This document shows positions 38,056 to 51,639 of a stretch of DNA of 64,000 nucleotides, piece after piece (the first letter of the stretch is position 1; the number at the start of each line of letters is the position of its first letter). This DNA is from Cetorhinus maximus (Eukaryota): contig NC_135879.1 of the NCBI RefSeq assembly GCF_964194155.1, positions 192,138,001 to 192,202,000 of the forward strand, read 5' to 3'. The notes under the pieces are model-generated. The model made no database searches. It had not been told where the DNA came from and saw only the letters and a program-made list of their open reading frames with translations. The translations under genes and the position numbers were made by a program.

Positions 38056-38356
38056 CAGTACTTCCCAAACCTTTTCCCATTGTGACCCTATGAAAGTTGG
38101 TCTGATCCCAGGCTGAGAGTGGGGTGGGGGGAAGGTGAAGGGGACATTTGTTGTCTGGGGTCGGGGGAGTGGAGAGTTGTTGAGTGGGGAATGGGTTAGT
38201 TGTTGAGGGGGCCCAGTGGCTTTGTCCACAACCATTTTGACAGCTCTGATGGGGTCCCACCTGAGGGCCGATCCCAAGTCCCAACTTAACAGTTGCCATT
38301 GCTGCATCAGAGCTTGGGACCCCTTCAGATCATGACCCATGGTTTGAGAACTTCTG
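38056..38356. mobile_element. hAT (Charlie-like) MITE
   Basis: TIRs CAGTACTTCCCAAACC / GGTTTGAGAACTTCTG; 8-bp TSD TTTTAATC / CTTTAATC. Confidence 0.8.
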
Positions 38357-38579
38357 CTTTAATCTGTGACCTGAAGTTGTACATTTGACAGAATTGGTCA
38401 ATTTGTGGGATTAAGGCTACAATGCTTTTTAAAAAAGATTTACTTATTTGGGACTATCCAGGTTGACCATAAACACTTTTAATAGTTTATTTTCATTACT
38501 GAAGGACAAAATTTGCATATTACTAACAGTCCAACATCACAGCATAACAGCAGCAATTACCATTGCTAATGGAAATTCT

Positions 38580-39180
38580 TTTTTTTCATCTGTTCTTGGG
38601 ATATGGGCGATGCTGGTATTTATTAGCCATCCATTGTTATGCTGAGAAGGTGGTGGTAGGATTTCTGCCAAAGCTGCTGTAGTGCTTGCAGTGATGGCAT
38701 TTCCATGATGGTGTTAGGTAGGGTATTCCAGAACACTAACCCAACAATGACAAAGGAACAGCAGTATAAATCCAAGTCAGGATAGAATGTGATCTGGAGG
38801 AAGTGTTTCCATGATGTTGCTTCTCTTGTCCTTATTGGTTTTGCAAGTTGCTGCTGCACATTATACAGACAATATAGCCACAATGGGCAGGTGCTAATTC
38901 CAGTTATAGGGCCATAAATCAAGTGAACTGTGCTGCCTTAGATGGTGTTGAGCTTCTTGAGCCTGGTTACAGTTGCACCTATTCAGACAAGAGGAGAGTA
39001 TTCCATCACACTCCTCAATTGAGCCTTTAGGTGTTGCCATAACATTGTAAAGTCAGAAAATCAGGTGCACCTCATTGTTGTCATGATTCCATAGAGGTGG
39101 ATGGTAATGTTGATTATAGTTCTGTTGAAGGTTGGGGCTGTGGTTGAGCCATTTTTTGTTGGAGGTGGCCATTACTTAGG
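38580..39180 (-). mobile_element. Degraded CR1/L2-group LINE fragment
   Basis: Homologous to 21535-22460 (GAGAAGGTGGTGG.., GATGGTGTTGAGCTTCTTGAG, TTCCATCACACTCCT). Confidence 0.65.
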
Positions 39181-40289
39181 AGTAAACAAGGTGCTGTTAA
39201 ATTTAATGATTATGGAACTGCACGAGCAACCCAGTAATTTTGGGGGACAAACTGGTCTATGTCTGCAGCTCATATTGAATGGCAAAGAAAAAGAAAATTG
39301 AGAGCAGTGTAAAATGGCTGCCAATTTGCTGTGCACCCATTTCATGCTGCTGGTGTACACCGTTTTCAATCCTTGAATTCAAAGTCTATCATGGCAAATT
39401 CTAAAATTGAATTCAATGAATCGGTAATCTGTGGCCTGGTATTTGAAAAAATATGGTGATGAAAGTGCAATTTATTGTAAAAATTGAACTGGTTCATTAA
39501 TGTCTAACCTAAGTGTAGTCTCAGTCTCATATTGTGCGATTGATTCATATTTCTCTCAGGGCAATAAGAAATCGATAATAAATTTTATCTTACACTGTAA
39601 CTCCTTCCAACCAACATGGTGCTGACAGAGCTTCTTGTCAGCGCATGTGCAGGAATCCACCTGAAGTACTTGCAAGTGAGATAGTGTGTGGAGTTGTAAA
39701 CTTCGGCATGCTTAAAAACTAGCAAGGATAAATCAGACAAATTTCAAGTCACTCTAGTCTGTTCCCTTCTGCATTTCTTTTTAACAGGTTTACACTTTCC
39801 CTTTAATCATACTAGAGAAATTCCCAGCAGCAGCTTTGACTTAATTTTTTTGAGTGAGTTCATTTTTACTGTATTATTGGTTTCTTATTGGAAAAACATT
39901 TTCCACATGATTCCAAGTTAAATGGCAATTCAAATAATGGAGTCATGTAAACCACTGATACGCTTTCTGATCTTTAGATATTTAGGTTATTTTATCATCT
40001 GTTTTTTTTTGGCACTGTTGTACCAACCATACCAATGTGCTAGTTTTGGGGTACTGAGTTTTCATATATATTTTGTATTGTCTGTAAGTTGTTTTACAAG
40101 CGCCAGTAACTTGATGCCACCAGCGCTATAATATTTCCAATTCCAGGGCCAGTGATGACCGCGCACGCTCCCTAGTGCACATTGCCCTTATAAAGATGAT
40201 GGCCGCGCATACAACTGAACTCACGCAGTGTTCGCAGCAAATGCAGCCTATATTTTATTGGACTCTATGACATATCAAAGACAAAATGA

Positions 40290-41345
40290 AATAAATGGCA
40301 TGAATGTCATCTTATAGTTGTCAGTTCAAGCTTGGATGTTGTCCATGTCTTGCTATAGGCTGGCATGGGCAGCTCCATTGTCACAGGAGCTGTGAATAGA
40401 AATGAACATTGGAGGAACATCTGTGAGCAGCCCCCCTCCTAACTTTATGGTAGACTGAACATCATTGTGTAAATACCGAAAGATCACTGGGCCAAGGATG
40501 TTGACTTCAGGACCTCCAGCAGTAATGTTCTGCATCTGGGTGACTGACAGCAGATATCCGTGACCCTCTTTCTCCCTATCAGACATGAATCTAGCCACAG
40601 ACCTCAGTTTTCCTAGGATTCCTTTCTGTGATACTCAAGTCAATGCTGACATGAAAGCAGCTACTTGCAGCTCTTCATGTGCACCCAGCACTTTGATCAA
40701 GGTTGTGGTTAGTTCATGCTTACCAGGTGGCAAAGATAGAACTTAAATTGAGCATTGGTGACCAAGTTATTGGTGAGTTGTCAATGCATGGTGCTACTGC
40801 TTATTTCTTCCACCATTTTGCCAATGATGGGGAAGAAGCTGATGGGGAAAAACTGGCTAAGTTAGATTCTTATGTCCTATTCTTTGTACAGGAGATGCAT
40901 CTGGGCAATTTTCCATGCTATCGGGTGTAATAATTGTATTGAAGTAGCTTGACCATAGTGTTCAATAGGGTAGATGTAGAAATGTTTTCACTTATGGGAG
41001 TTTCCAAAACTAGAGAACATAACTATAAGATAATCACTAATAAGTACAATAAGGAATGCACAGTTGAGGCAATAAAGTAGATGTGTTTAAGACAAGCTAG
41101 ATAAGTATAGAGGGAGAAAAGAACAGAAGGATATGTTGATAGGATGAGATGAAGTAAACAGGGTGGGTGGAAGCTCTTGTGGAGCATTAACACTTGCATC
41201 ACTGAATGGCCTGTTTCTGAACAGCAAATTCTATCGATTTATAAATGGCAGCCACAAGTCTCCTGATGGCATTAGTCTTCAGTGGTATAGCTGGGATCTG
41301 TTGTTTTGTTCAGCATATTCAGCCAGGCATTGGCATCTATGATGA
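40290..41345 (-). mobile_element. Degraded CR1/L2-group LINE fragment, host of nested CR1 and RTE insertions
   Basis: Homologous to 22480-22990 and 23380-23600 (GTTGTCCATGTCTTGC, CTGGGCAATTTTCCA). Confidence 0.55.
40958..41235 (+). mobile_element. CR1 3' end (internally deleted)
   Basis: Near-identical over ~190 bp to 45064-45255. Confidence 0.75.
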
Positions 41346-41349
41346 TGGG

Positions 41350-43850
41350 TCAATAATTGTTGCAACTGCTGTGTTGCTCCTGTTCTTGCACAGAGTTACA
41401 ATCTTTGAATCATGCATATCCTAGGGCACTGTCCCCTCCCTCCAAGAGAGACAGAGAAGTTCGTGCAGGTGCTGTAGGAGTGCCGGTTTCCCGTGCTTGA
41501 TGAATTCAGGTAGTATAGCATCAGCACCTGGAGCTTTGTTTGTTTGTCCTTAGAGAAGTTGTTTGTTACACAAAGCGTGTGATGGCAGCTAATCTCAAAT
41601 TCAGCTTTGCTGGTAGCAAGCCAAGAGCTTTGTTAAGCTCCTTCACTGTGGGTTCAATATCCAGTTCTGCCATGACAGGCAGGCTTTCTATGATGGCTAG
41701 AGTTTCCTCGGTGACAGTATTTTCCCTAGAATACAACTCAAGGTAGAACTCCACCAATATCTCTAATTGTTTATTGCAGTCAGCGATGACCACCCTACCT
41801 TTGTTTTCAATGGAGGCGTTTTCTTTGATAATGGACCTGTTGCCTTTTTGATCCCAACGTACATACTCCTAGCATTCCCTGTGTCAAAGGACATCTGGAT
41901 ATTTTGGCAAAGTTGTAACCAGTAGTCATTGGCATGCCACCTAGTAGTCTGTTGGGCTTTACCTCGAGTGGCTCTTAGTGCATTCAGAGCCTTCTTGCTT
42001 GGATCTCTTTTATAATTAATGAGAGTGGACCACTAGGTTTCAATGGCAGGTTCTATCACAATGATATTAGCCTCGAACCAATCAGAAATTTTGCACTTTT
42101 GCTTCCCATATCTTGAAAGTGCAATCTTGTCTTGATGTCTTGAAGTATGTTCCATTTTGCTCCTGCACTCTATGTGGGAATGCCGGAAAGCACCTGTTCA
42201 ATTGAGTTGAGGAACTGTTGGCTTTTTATCTGAGTAGGCAGTATTACTGATGGTGATATGGAGAATCTCTGCTTTGAATTAAAAAATTAAGTGTTGCATC
42301 CTAACCCTCGTGCATACCATGAAGTGATCTCTTTCACAGTCAGCACTGAGGTAGCTGTGTGTGTTGAGGATACTGTTCAGAGGGTCATGTCTGGTGATGA
42401 TCAGACCCAGATGGTGCCAATGTCCTGATCTTATATGCCTCCAGGACATCTTGCGGTTTGTTCTGAAAGGTGTTTGTCACACAAAGCTGATGGGAGCAGC
42501 AAAACTCACATAGTCTCTGTCCATTTTCATTTATCTTCCCCAGACCATGATGTCCGAGGCAGAAGGGTCATGCCTCATGTTCTGTGCCTACTCCTGTATT
42601 GAAATCCCCCAGTAGGTAAAGATGTCTTGATTTAGGTATTCTGCTGATAGCTGTGTCAAACTCCTCATAGGACTGGTCTTTCCCCTCTGCAGTGGAGCAC
42701 AGCATTGGAGCATGAGTTTAACTGGACCTGTTTGAGTTGAGAGGCGGATGGAGAGAACATATTCTGAACCGTTCATGGGGGTTCTATCATCGAGAGTAGT
42801 GAGTTCCTTACAACAAAGCCTACACACTGCTTACTTATTTCCTCTGAACTCTTCCCCTGCCAGGGGAAAGTGCAATGTTTTTCTTTCAGAGATCTCTTGT
42901 AGGGAAGCTGTGTCAATGTTCAGCCTGCCGAGTTCCATGGCGATCGCCGCTGCCTTGCACATGCTATCGACCAGCTGCAAGTTATCTGTCAATCCTGTGC
43001 ACATGGTTCTGATGTTTCAGACTGCCTGTCAAAGAGTTGGCATTTTCTTTTGTTTTGCCTGAGATCCAAGACAAAGGTGCATCAATTCCTCATCAGAAAG
43101 TTGGTCTACACTGATGATGCTGCACATTCCATGAGGGAGAACATCTTCAGTGGCAAATGGACAGACTCTCTGATGCCTTTAAGGAGAGTGTGGAACTGCA
43201 GCAACTTGATTGATGACACCAAACTGTGAGTCTACCAAACTTGCATCCTCAGTGCATTCCTCTACTGTGGTGAGACCTGGACAACACATGCTAGGCAGGA
43301 GAAAAGGCTGAACAGTTTCCATCTTTGCTTTCTCAGCCGAGGATATGCATATCTTGGTAAGACAAGATCACCAACTCAGAGGTCCTGAAGCTGCTAATTC
43401 CATCAGCACGTACTCATTGCAAAGCCCATGATGTCTGCACTGGCTTGGCCTAGTTAATCGGATGGATGATGGCTGTATACTAACCTTCTGTATGGTGAAC
43501 TGGTCACTGGGTCATAATTTCCTAGGCATCCATACCTCCACTACAAGGATACCTGTAAGCAAGATATGAAGATGGCAGACATTGACACTGACAACTGGGA
43601 GGCAGTCACTGATGGTGATCTCTGGAGACTGACTGTTTTGACTGGCATTGGAAGAGGTGGGCAGAAATGAAAACATCAGCTGGCTGAGAAGAGGGTCCAG
43701 AGAAAACAGAGCCCAGTTAATCATGTACCTTCTCAGCCCTCTGTCCTCTCCAGCAAATGCGGCAGAGACTGCCATGCCATGGAATGGGGCTCCTGTTTAA
43801 CACTGAGTTGACTACCCACGTAAACCATCATTTTACGAGACTGAATTATG
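41350..43850. mobile_element. RTE-clade (BovB-like) LINE with inverted 5' part
   Basis: Minus strand 43060>41350 has APE endonuclease (NIRTM..SLQE; SWRH.RSGHWH; SADC..DH) running into early RT (LYSRENTV, PTVKELNKAL, KAPG, IVTL.KN..CNNY). Plus strand from ~43057 has LRSKTKV..LIRKLVYTDDAA and WLG.V.RMDDG..LLYGEL to the 3' end. Confidence 0.8.
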
Positions 43851-44389
43851 TCACAGATTGAAGCAGGATTGATCCTCCTGCTTGGTGAAGACAGGAAAAT
43901 AAATTTCCTCGCCTCCGTTTCAAATGGTCAGCCCCTCATTTCTAAATGAGCCTGGGTACTTAGTGTACAAGCGTTCAGTACAAAACTACCCCTAATTTGG
44001 TATCCTCTATGAATAGCAGATATGGACAATGTTATTGCATTCAAAACTAGGATATATAGCTAGGTAGAAGACAGGTAGCTTTGCTTTGTACCTAACTAAG
44101 CTTTAGCTGAGTTGGGAGTACTTGATGCTGTCACTAATGGCATGAAAAAGAAATATAAGATGTAGAGTAACATTTCTCACCTAGATGAGAACAAAAAAAA
44201 AATACAATGAATCAATAGATGAATGTTTAAAAGAACATTATAATTATAAGAGAACCAGGAAAAATTATAATTTAAATATAATTTAAGAATAAATCACTTT
44301 ACATTTAAGTTTGCTCCCATCTCAATATTTGAGACATTTCTTGCATCAGAGTAGTACTAATGTACTGTGCAAAAATAACACAGGGTTCC

Positions 44390-45225
44390 ACCAATTAATC
44401 ATTAAATGGAGGGAATCATGCATACATTTAAGTGGAAAATGAATTTCAATATATGTAAATGTGACATGGTGTATTTTGGTGGAAAAATAAGGCCACCTAT
44501 TCCTTGGAAAATAAGAATCCAAATGAAGTAGAGGTGAAAAGGGATGTAGGGTACAGTTACAAAAATCATTAAAAGTAGTAACACATGCTATATGCTATAA
44601 AAGATGCAAACAAAGCACTTAGGTTCATTTCTAGAGAAATGGAATTCAAAAACAGAGAAGTTATGTTAAACATATGCAGAACTTTGGTTTGACTACACTT
44701 AGAGTACTGGGACAATTCTGGTCTTCGTGTTAGTAAAAGGATAGAGAAGCACTGGAAAATGTTCAAAAAGATTTACAAGGATGATGCCAGAACTAAGAAT
44801 GTACAACCATCAGGAAGGATTGAACAGTTTGGGGCTTTTTTCCCTAGAAGACTGAGATGAGCTTTCAGAGGTCTTTAGAGTTATGAAAATGTTTAATAGG
44901 ATAGATGAGGAGATGTTTCATTTATGGGCAAGTCCAAAACTAGGGACCATAAATAAAAGATCATCACTAATAAATCCAATAAGGAATTTAGGACAATCTT
45001 TTTTATGCAGAGAGCAGTGAGAATGTGGAAATCTCTACAACATGGAACGGTTGAGGCAATAGCATAGATGTGTTTAAGACAAGCTAGATAAGTATAGAGG
45101 GAGAAAGGAACAGAAGGATATGTTGATAGGATGAGATGAAGTAAACAGAGTGGGTGGAAGCTCATGTGGAGCATTAACACTTGCATCATCGAATGGCCTG
45201 TTCCTGCACAGCAAACTCTATTTAT
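44390..45225 (+). mobile_element. CR1 LINE 3' fragment
   Basis: Degraded KW.MNFN..KC, ANKALRFISREMEFKNREVMLN.CRTLV.LHLEY and a CR1-type 3' UTR. Confidence 0.8.
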
Positions 45226-45430
45226 ATTTGGTGGCCACAAGTCTCCTGACATTAGTTTATTTCAAAGTCCATTGGTTTATGAATCTATAAAAGGTATATT
45301 TACCTTTTTTGAAATAAGTTATTTATTATGTAATAATATATTTTCCATTTACTCTTTTTCTCTACTAAATGCCAAAGATTTTTCTATATTAAATAGCTTT
45401 TGTTCTTAAAAAATTGGGCAGGTTTACTAG

Positions 45431-45643
45431 CAATGTTCCCTCTAATTTCTCTTCGCTGTGCATGACCTGTTTGCTGCACTGCACAAGTCCCTTTAAGATT
45501 GGTGTGTGGCCATGCATGTGTACATCTTAAAGGGAACTTTGGTTGTGCACAGCCTGTTTGCTCCTTGCATTGTATTTTGCCTGGCATGTTCCCTTTAAGG
45601 TTGCTGAATATTTGCACACTCTCAAGGCTCAGAGGAGACATTG
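45431..45643. mobile_element. hAT MITE
   Basis: TIRs CAATGTTCCCTCT / AGAGGAGACATTG; 8-bp TSD TTTACTAG / ATTACTAG; internal TCCCTTTAAG repeats. Confidence 0.8.
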
Positions 45644-47854
45644 ATTACTAGTATATTGACAATTTCTTGATCCCTTTAAAAGGGATTCACAACAACACAA
45701 AAAAATAAACTTCAGTTAATTTGAGAGAATTTTCTTTCTAATATGTCAGGGGAATTAACTTTTAAATATTCTGACATTGAGGGTAAGCAGAATTCAAGTT
45801 GTTAATGTTCTTTGCTTTGGCACTTTGGAGATAAAATAATTTAGAGATATCCTTGGCTGGGTGTGTTGTTAACAAATAGCTCAAAGAGATCAGCTCCCTT
45901 AAAAGGAATTACTGTAGACATTGATATTTCAGAGGTATGTTGCACAACTGTGATCACAACAGAATGAGGAATTGCCCTAAAAGCAGCCTTTGAAATCAGT
46001 CATATGGCTTTTTAAAGTGATGGCAACATCGTGAATGAGATTGCAGTCTGGTGGGAAGTCATTTAAGTATCTAAAAATTGATTTCCCCAAAGTATTTTTG
46101 AGCAGAATGGAATCAAGTTAGAGCTCTCAGTTAGGGATAGCTTGACCTATATTTGCACGACTCACCCCTGACAGAGGATATAAGGGTTTAGGGCTGTGCA
46201 ATAAAGTGGAATTAATTGTCAATATGCCACTAAGTCACAGAGCAGCTGTATAGGTGTGCAGAGTTATCCCTAGAGAAATGAATCCTGGTCAGTATCTCTC
46301 AGTATTTTCCTATCAGATGCTAACAAGCATTGTACTCTGTTGAGGTTTTATTATTTGCTTCAAAGTGCTAGAGTAAAATTAATCTTCCATTTGCAGCACT
46401 CATTTCGTTTATTGTTGGGCAGTGGATACAGATGTCCTAAACAGTAGGCATTTAGTGCTAAAACCATGAAGGCTTAAGTGATTTAGCTGTATTTATTAGG
46501 GTAGCAAAGGCTGCTAGTATCACCATGCGAGTGTGCATTTGTCAGCTCACTGAAACGTATCACTGTATCACTTGCAAATGATGTCATCTTGGATTTGCAT
46601 TGCTGGCAGGCTCGGCATTTTTTAAACCATCCAGCCTAGTTTAGCAGCTACTTACTGTTCAGACAAATAAAAATGTTAACAAATAGCAATTTAAGTGCTC
46701 TAACAGTACAGCCAACAGAATCCAAATCTCATGAGTGTGTGTTCAAATCCCAGCCTTCACTGTTTTTCAAACACTTCTCGGGGTTGACCGATTCTTAATG
46801 GAGTCACAAGGTGAACCTCTTCATTAAGCTACTGGATGGTATCTTAAGAAGCATGAAAGTTGAACAAAACTAGACTGAGCCATCCCACCCATCATAACCA
46901 CACTCCTCTTCAGCAATTATATTTCTTTTCAGGCTTTTATAGCAAAAGCCCTCAGCCTGGATTATCTCATTATCTCAGATGGTGAAAGAAGTGTCATGAT
47001 GGACAGTAAAGGACAAGAAATACAATTTACAGTAAATACGTTTACTTACAAGAGAAGCCAGCTAAAAATCAAGAATAATTATTTAATCAGTTGACATAGA
47101 AAATGTTTCATAAGGTCAGTCAGTAGTTCTGCCATGATACTACAAAACAGCAAAGGTACTGATTCTATTACCGCTTGCAGAGACTGCCTGTGTATTTCTG
47201 GATGACCTTTAGTTAAAGAAATTGCAGGCACTCTTATTTTATTCCTTACTTTGTTTTCTAAAACTTTAACCTATTTGTTGACCAGCAAGATATTAGTTTG
47301 GCATTCATGAATCAATACAAAAGGAATTCTGCTGTTCCTCTCAACACAAAGCAACATTTAATCTGTGAGAACAGTGTGTTTTGGAATGTAACGACAGCCA
47401 TTCCAATAACTTCAACCCAATCTCGTTTATTGACTGGAGCAGAAATTCCTCACTATATCATTGCCGCATCAGTTTTGATTCAGAGCAAACTAAAAATGTT
47501 ACCCATTCCAATTTGAAATTGCACCATAAACAACATGAATATCTGAAGCTTCCCAGTTCATGCAGATTAGATGTGAGTTTATCAGCATGGAAAGACTCGG
47601 ATTTAGGTTACTTGTTAGACAGAATGTATAATGGGCATCAACAGATCATGAAGAAAGTAAAGCAATAAACCTCTTTGTTGTTCTGATATCCTACAAGCGC
47701 TGCTGTCCTGGTGATGAGATGTGACATGATCTGATAGAACCATAGGTGGAAAAAAATTAGACTTTGTGGTGCTAATCTTCTGTGTACAAAATTGGAGAAA
47801 AGGGCACAATTTTACAGAATTATGTCCCACACCCAACGGCGCCAGAAGTATGTT

Positions 47855-49955
47855 ACAGAATCACAGAAGCACAGAATTGTTACGGTGTAGAAGGAGGCCA
47901 TTTGGCCCATCGTGTCTGCAATGACTCTCTGAGCATTTTAACTTAGTGCCAATCTCCTGCTTTTTCCCCGTAACCCTGCACATTGTTTCTATTTAAATAA
48001 TCATCCAATGCCCTCTTGAATGCCTCAATTGAACCTGCCTCCACCACACTTCCAGGCAGTGCATTCCAAACCCTAACTACTCGCTGTGTGAAGAAGTATT
48101 TTCTCACCTTGCATTTGCTTCTTTTGCAAAATACTTTAAAACAGTGCCCTCTGGTTCCTGATCCGTTTATGAGTGGGAACAGCTTCTCCTTTTCTACTCT
48201 GTCCAGACCCCTCATGATTTTGAAAACTTCTATCAAGTCTCCTTCTCCTCTCCAAAGAAAACAGTCCCAGCTTTGCCAATCTTTCCTCATAACTGAAGTG
48301 TCTCATTCCTGGAACCATTCCCGTAATCCTCTTCTGCACTCTCTCTAATGCGTTCACATCCTTCCTATAGTGTGGCGCTTAGAACTGTGCACAATACTCC
48401 AGCTGAGGTCTAACAAGTGTCTTCTATAAGTTCATCATAACCTCCCAGCTCTTGTGCTCTATGCCCCTATTAATGAAGCCTAGAATACTGTATGCTTTAG
48501 AAACAGCTCTTTCTACCTGTCCTGCCACTTTTAATGATTTATGTAGACATGAAACCAGGCCTCTCTGCTCCTGCACACCCTTTAGAATTGTACGCTTTGT
48601 TTTATACTGTCTGTCCATGTTCTTCGTACCAAAGTGTATCACCTCACACTTGTCCACACTGAATTCATCTGCCACCTATCTGCCCACTCCACCAATGTGT
48701 CAATGTTCTTTTGAAATTCTACACTGTCCTCCTCACAGTTTACAATTCTCTCAAGTTTTGTATTGTCTGCAAACTTTGAAATTGTCCCCTGCACGCCAAG
48801 ATCTAGATCATTTTTATATATCAGAAAAGCAAGGGTCTCAATACCAACCCCAGGGAACTCCACTACAAGCCTTCTTATAGCCTGAAAAATATCCATTAAC
48901 CATTACTCTCTGTTTCCTATCTCTCAGCCAATTTTGTACCCACGTTACTGCTGTCCCTTTTATTCCATGACCATTTCCTCAAAGTCTGTTGTATGGCACG
49001 GTATTGAATGCCTTTTAGAAGTCCATATACACCACATCAATGGCCTTGCCCTCATCAACCATCTCTGTTACCTTTTCAAAAAACTCCAACAAGTTAGTTA
49101 GACATGGTTTTCCTTTAATAAATCCATGCTGACTTTTCCGAATCAATCCACATTTTTCCATGTGACTATTAATTCTATCCCGAATAATTGTTTCTAGAAG
49201 TTTCCCCACCATTGAAGTTAAACTGACTGGTCTGTAATTGCAGGGCACATCTTTACAACCTTTTTTGAATAACAGTGTAATATTTGCAATTCTCCAGTCC
49301 TCCGGCACCTCCCCTAAATCCAGGGAACATTGAAAGATAATTGCCAATGCCTCTGCAATTTCCTTCAATTTTCTTGGATGCATCTCACCTGTTCCTGGTA
49401 CCTTATCAACTTTAAGTACCAACAGCTTATCCAATACTTCCTCCTTATCAATTTTAAACCCTTCTAGTGACTGAGTTTCCTCCTCTGTCACCATGGTCTG
49501 GGCAGCATCTGCTTCATAGGTAAAGACAGATGCAAAATTTTCATTTAATATCTCAGCCGTGCCTCTTGCCTTTATGTGTAAATCCCCTTTTTGGTCCCTA
49601 ATCGGCCCTACTCCTTGTACCACTCTTTTACTATTGATGTACTTGTAGAATACTTTTGGATTTCCTATTATGTTAGCTGCCAGTCTTTTATCATAATCCC
49701 TCTTTGCTTCTCATATTTGCTTTTTCACATCCCTTCTGAACCTTCTGTATTCAGCTTTGTATTTGCTACCTGACACCTGTCGTAAGCACGCTTTTTCTTC
49801 TTTAACTTAATTTCTATCTCTTTTGTCATCCTGGGAGCTCTTCCCTTTTGAGGAAACATATCTTGACCAAACCATCTCCTCTTTAAAGATAACCCGTGGT
49901 TCAGCTACTGTTTTTCCCGCCAACCTTTGGTTCCAGTCTATTCGGCTCAGCTCTG
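47855..49955 (-). mobile_element. CR1 LINE, ~2.1-kb 5'-truncated ORF2 pseudogene
   Basis: VPEDWRIANITLLFKKG, NYRPVSLTS, SQHGFIKGKPCLTNLLEFF, DVVYMDF, ISKFADNTKL, FFTQRVVRVWNALP; frameshifted; ACAGAAT repeats at the 3' end. Confidence 0.95.
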
Positions 49956-50489
49956 TTCTGTTCTGACACCATTTTAGGCCAGGCGATATTTAGACATTCC
50001 TGGAGGCCACCTAGAACAGGAATTAGTTCCTTGCAAATGATAATGGAGGCCTAATGCCTGTTTCATGAGCCCGCTCCAAAGTTTGCAACATTGAAAAGAG
50101 TATGCGCTGGCCATGCTTTACTCAGTTTATCTCCTTCTTCTGCAGCCTAAAGGGACCACTAGAGGCCTCCAAGTAACCATTTACATTTTTTGCTTTTAAC
50201 TTACCTGAATGTGGAGCCAGGAGAAGCCCACAGTCAACCCCTTTATTTTCCTCCCACCGCCAACCCCCACTTCTTGACCTAACTGAAGGTTTCTGCCTGT
50301 AACATGGCTAGCTAAAATCCATCTGGAGCACAACAATAATTTGCCTCTGGAAGCCTGATTGGCATCCACAATTCATTAGAATTATGGTGATGAGACCCTA
50401 CACCCAGTGTAGGATGAGCATCAGGTCTCTCTAGCTTCTGGCACCAGTATTGAATGAGTCAAAATAGCTCTTGTGCCCAAAAGGCAACA

Positions 50490-51075
50490 TTTCTCATGCA
50501 TTGAATTTTTCAATGCAAAAGGAGGCCATTTGCCCCATCATACCCATGCCCACTTTCTGGTGGAGCTATCCATTTATTCTCACACTTTTCTCCATTTTGA
50601 AATAGTTATCCACTTACTCTGGACATAGCAACAGTTTAAGACATGAGAAGGTCTTCATTTCATTTAGCTCCCATATTCACTGGATTCACTGCATTTACTG
50701 CTAATAATTCTGAATTCCATTGGTTGACAAGAACCTGGCTAGTTCCTTTTTGAAACTTTTAAAAGGTTGCTTGTCCCATCACCCGTGCTGGTAAACTGTT
50801 CCTCATACTAAGCATCCTTTTAGGAAAAAAGTTCCTCTTACATTTCTTTTATTGTCCTTAAATTTATACATCCTCTTGTACTTAAATTCTCTGTACAGCA
50901 GAAAAACCTACTTGGGTCCAACTTGTTTGAACATTTCTTAATTTTAGTTACTTCTATCATGCTGTCTTTCAGTCTTTTCTTTTCAAGACAGGAAATGCCC
51001 AGGGTAGTCAAGCTTATATTATACGCCTCTTGCTCATGTTCCAAGAATCAGCCCTACTCTGTATCCCTTCCAATA
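50490..51075 (-). mobile_element. Degraded CR1 3' fragment(s)
   Basis: LGISCLEKKRLKDSMIEVTKI and the GGAGGCCATTTGCCCCATC 3' UTR motif. Confidence 0.65.
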
Positions 51076-51639
51076 ACAGTGCCAAGCTGACCAGGAAGTT
51101 TCCAAGTGTACTGCCATCTGCATTGAATTAGCTGATTTCAGTCAGGGTGACACTAGAGATGGTATGATTGGTGTAAAAAATCAGAAAGTAGTTGCACTCC
51201 CAATCACAAACCACTGACCTTGTTGAAACATGCATTAATGTGGAGGAAAAGATCGAGTTTGACTGTGACGCTCTCCATGGTTAAATACCTTGCCAGCACA
51301 CGCTAACCAAGCTCAGATATGAAGAATAGACATGGGTGAAGCACTGGAACAACACCAGCACCTGTAACATTGTACTATTGACCCAGTCAGTGACTTCAGG
51401 TGAGGGTAGGCAAGAAGAAAAGAAAAAAACAATGCAATAAAAAAATCAAAATGCAACCCTCTCTTCCTATGCCTGTACTACAAGCCTCACACTTTGTGCA
51501 TTCCAGGTGCTGTGAAGACCCACAATGAGAATAGATGGACATGAACTCTACAATTTACCTTAGTTTCTAGCTGAGCTTAAGACAGTGGAAGGAAGAAAAC
51601 AAACCCACACCTGTCAATTTTTTCCAAAAGAAAAAGCAA

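Noticed and set aside
46933-47094. Possible host exon after TTCTTTTCAG (AFIAKALSLDYLIISDG..)
   Set aside because: No recognisable protein, no convincing donor site, no partner exons.
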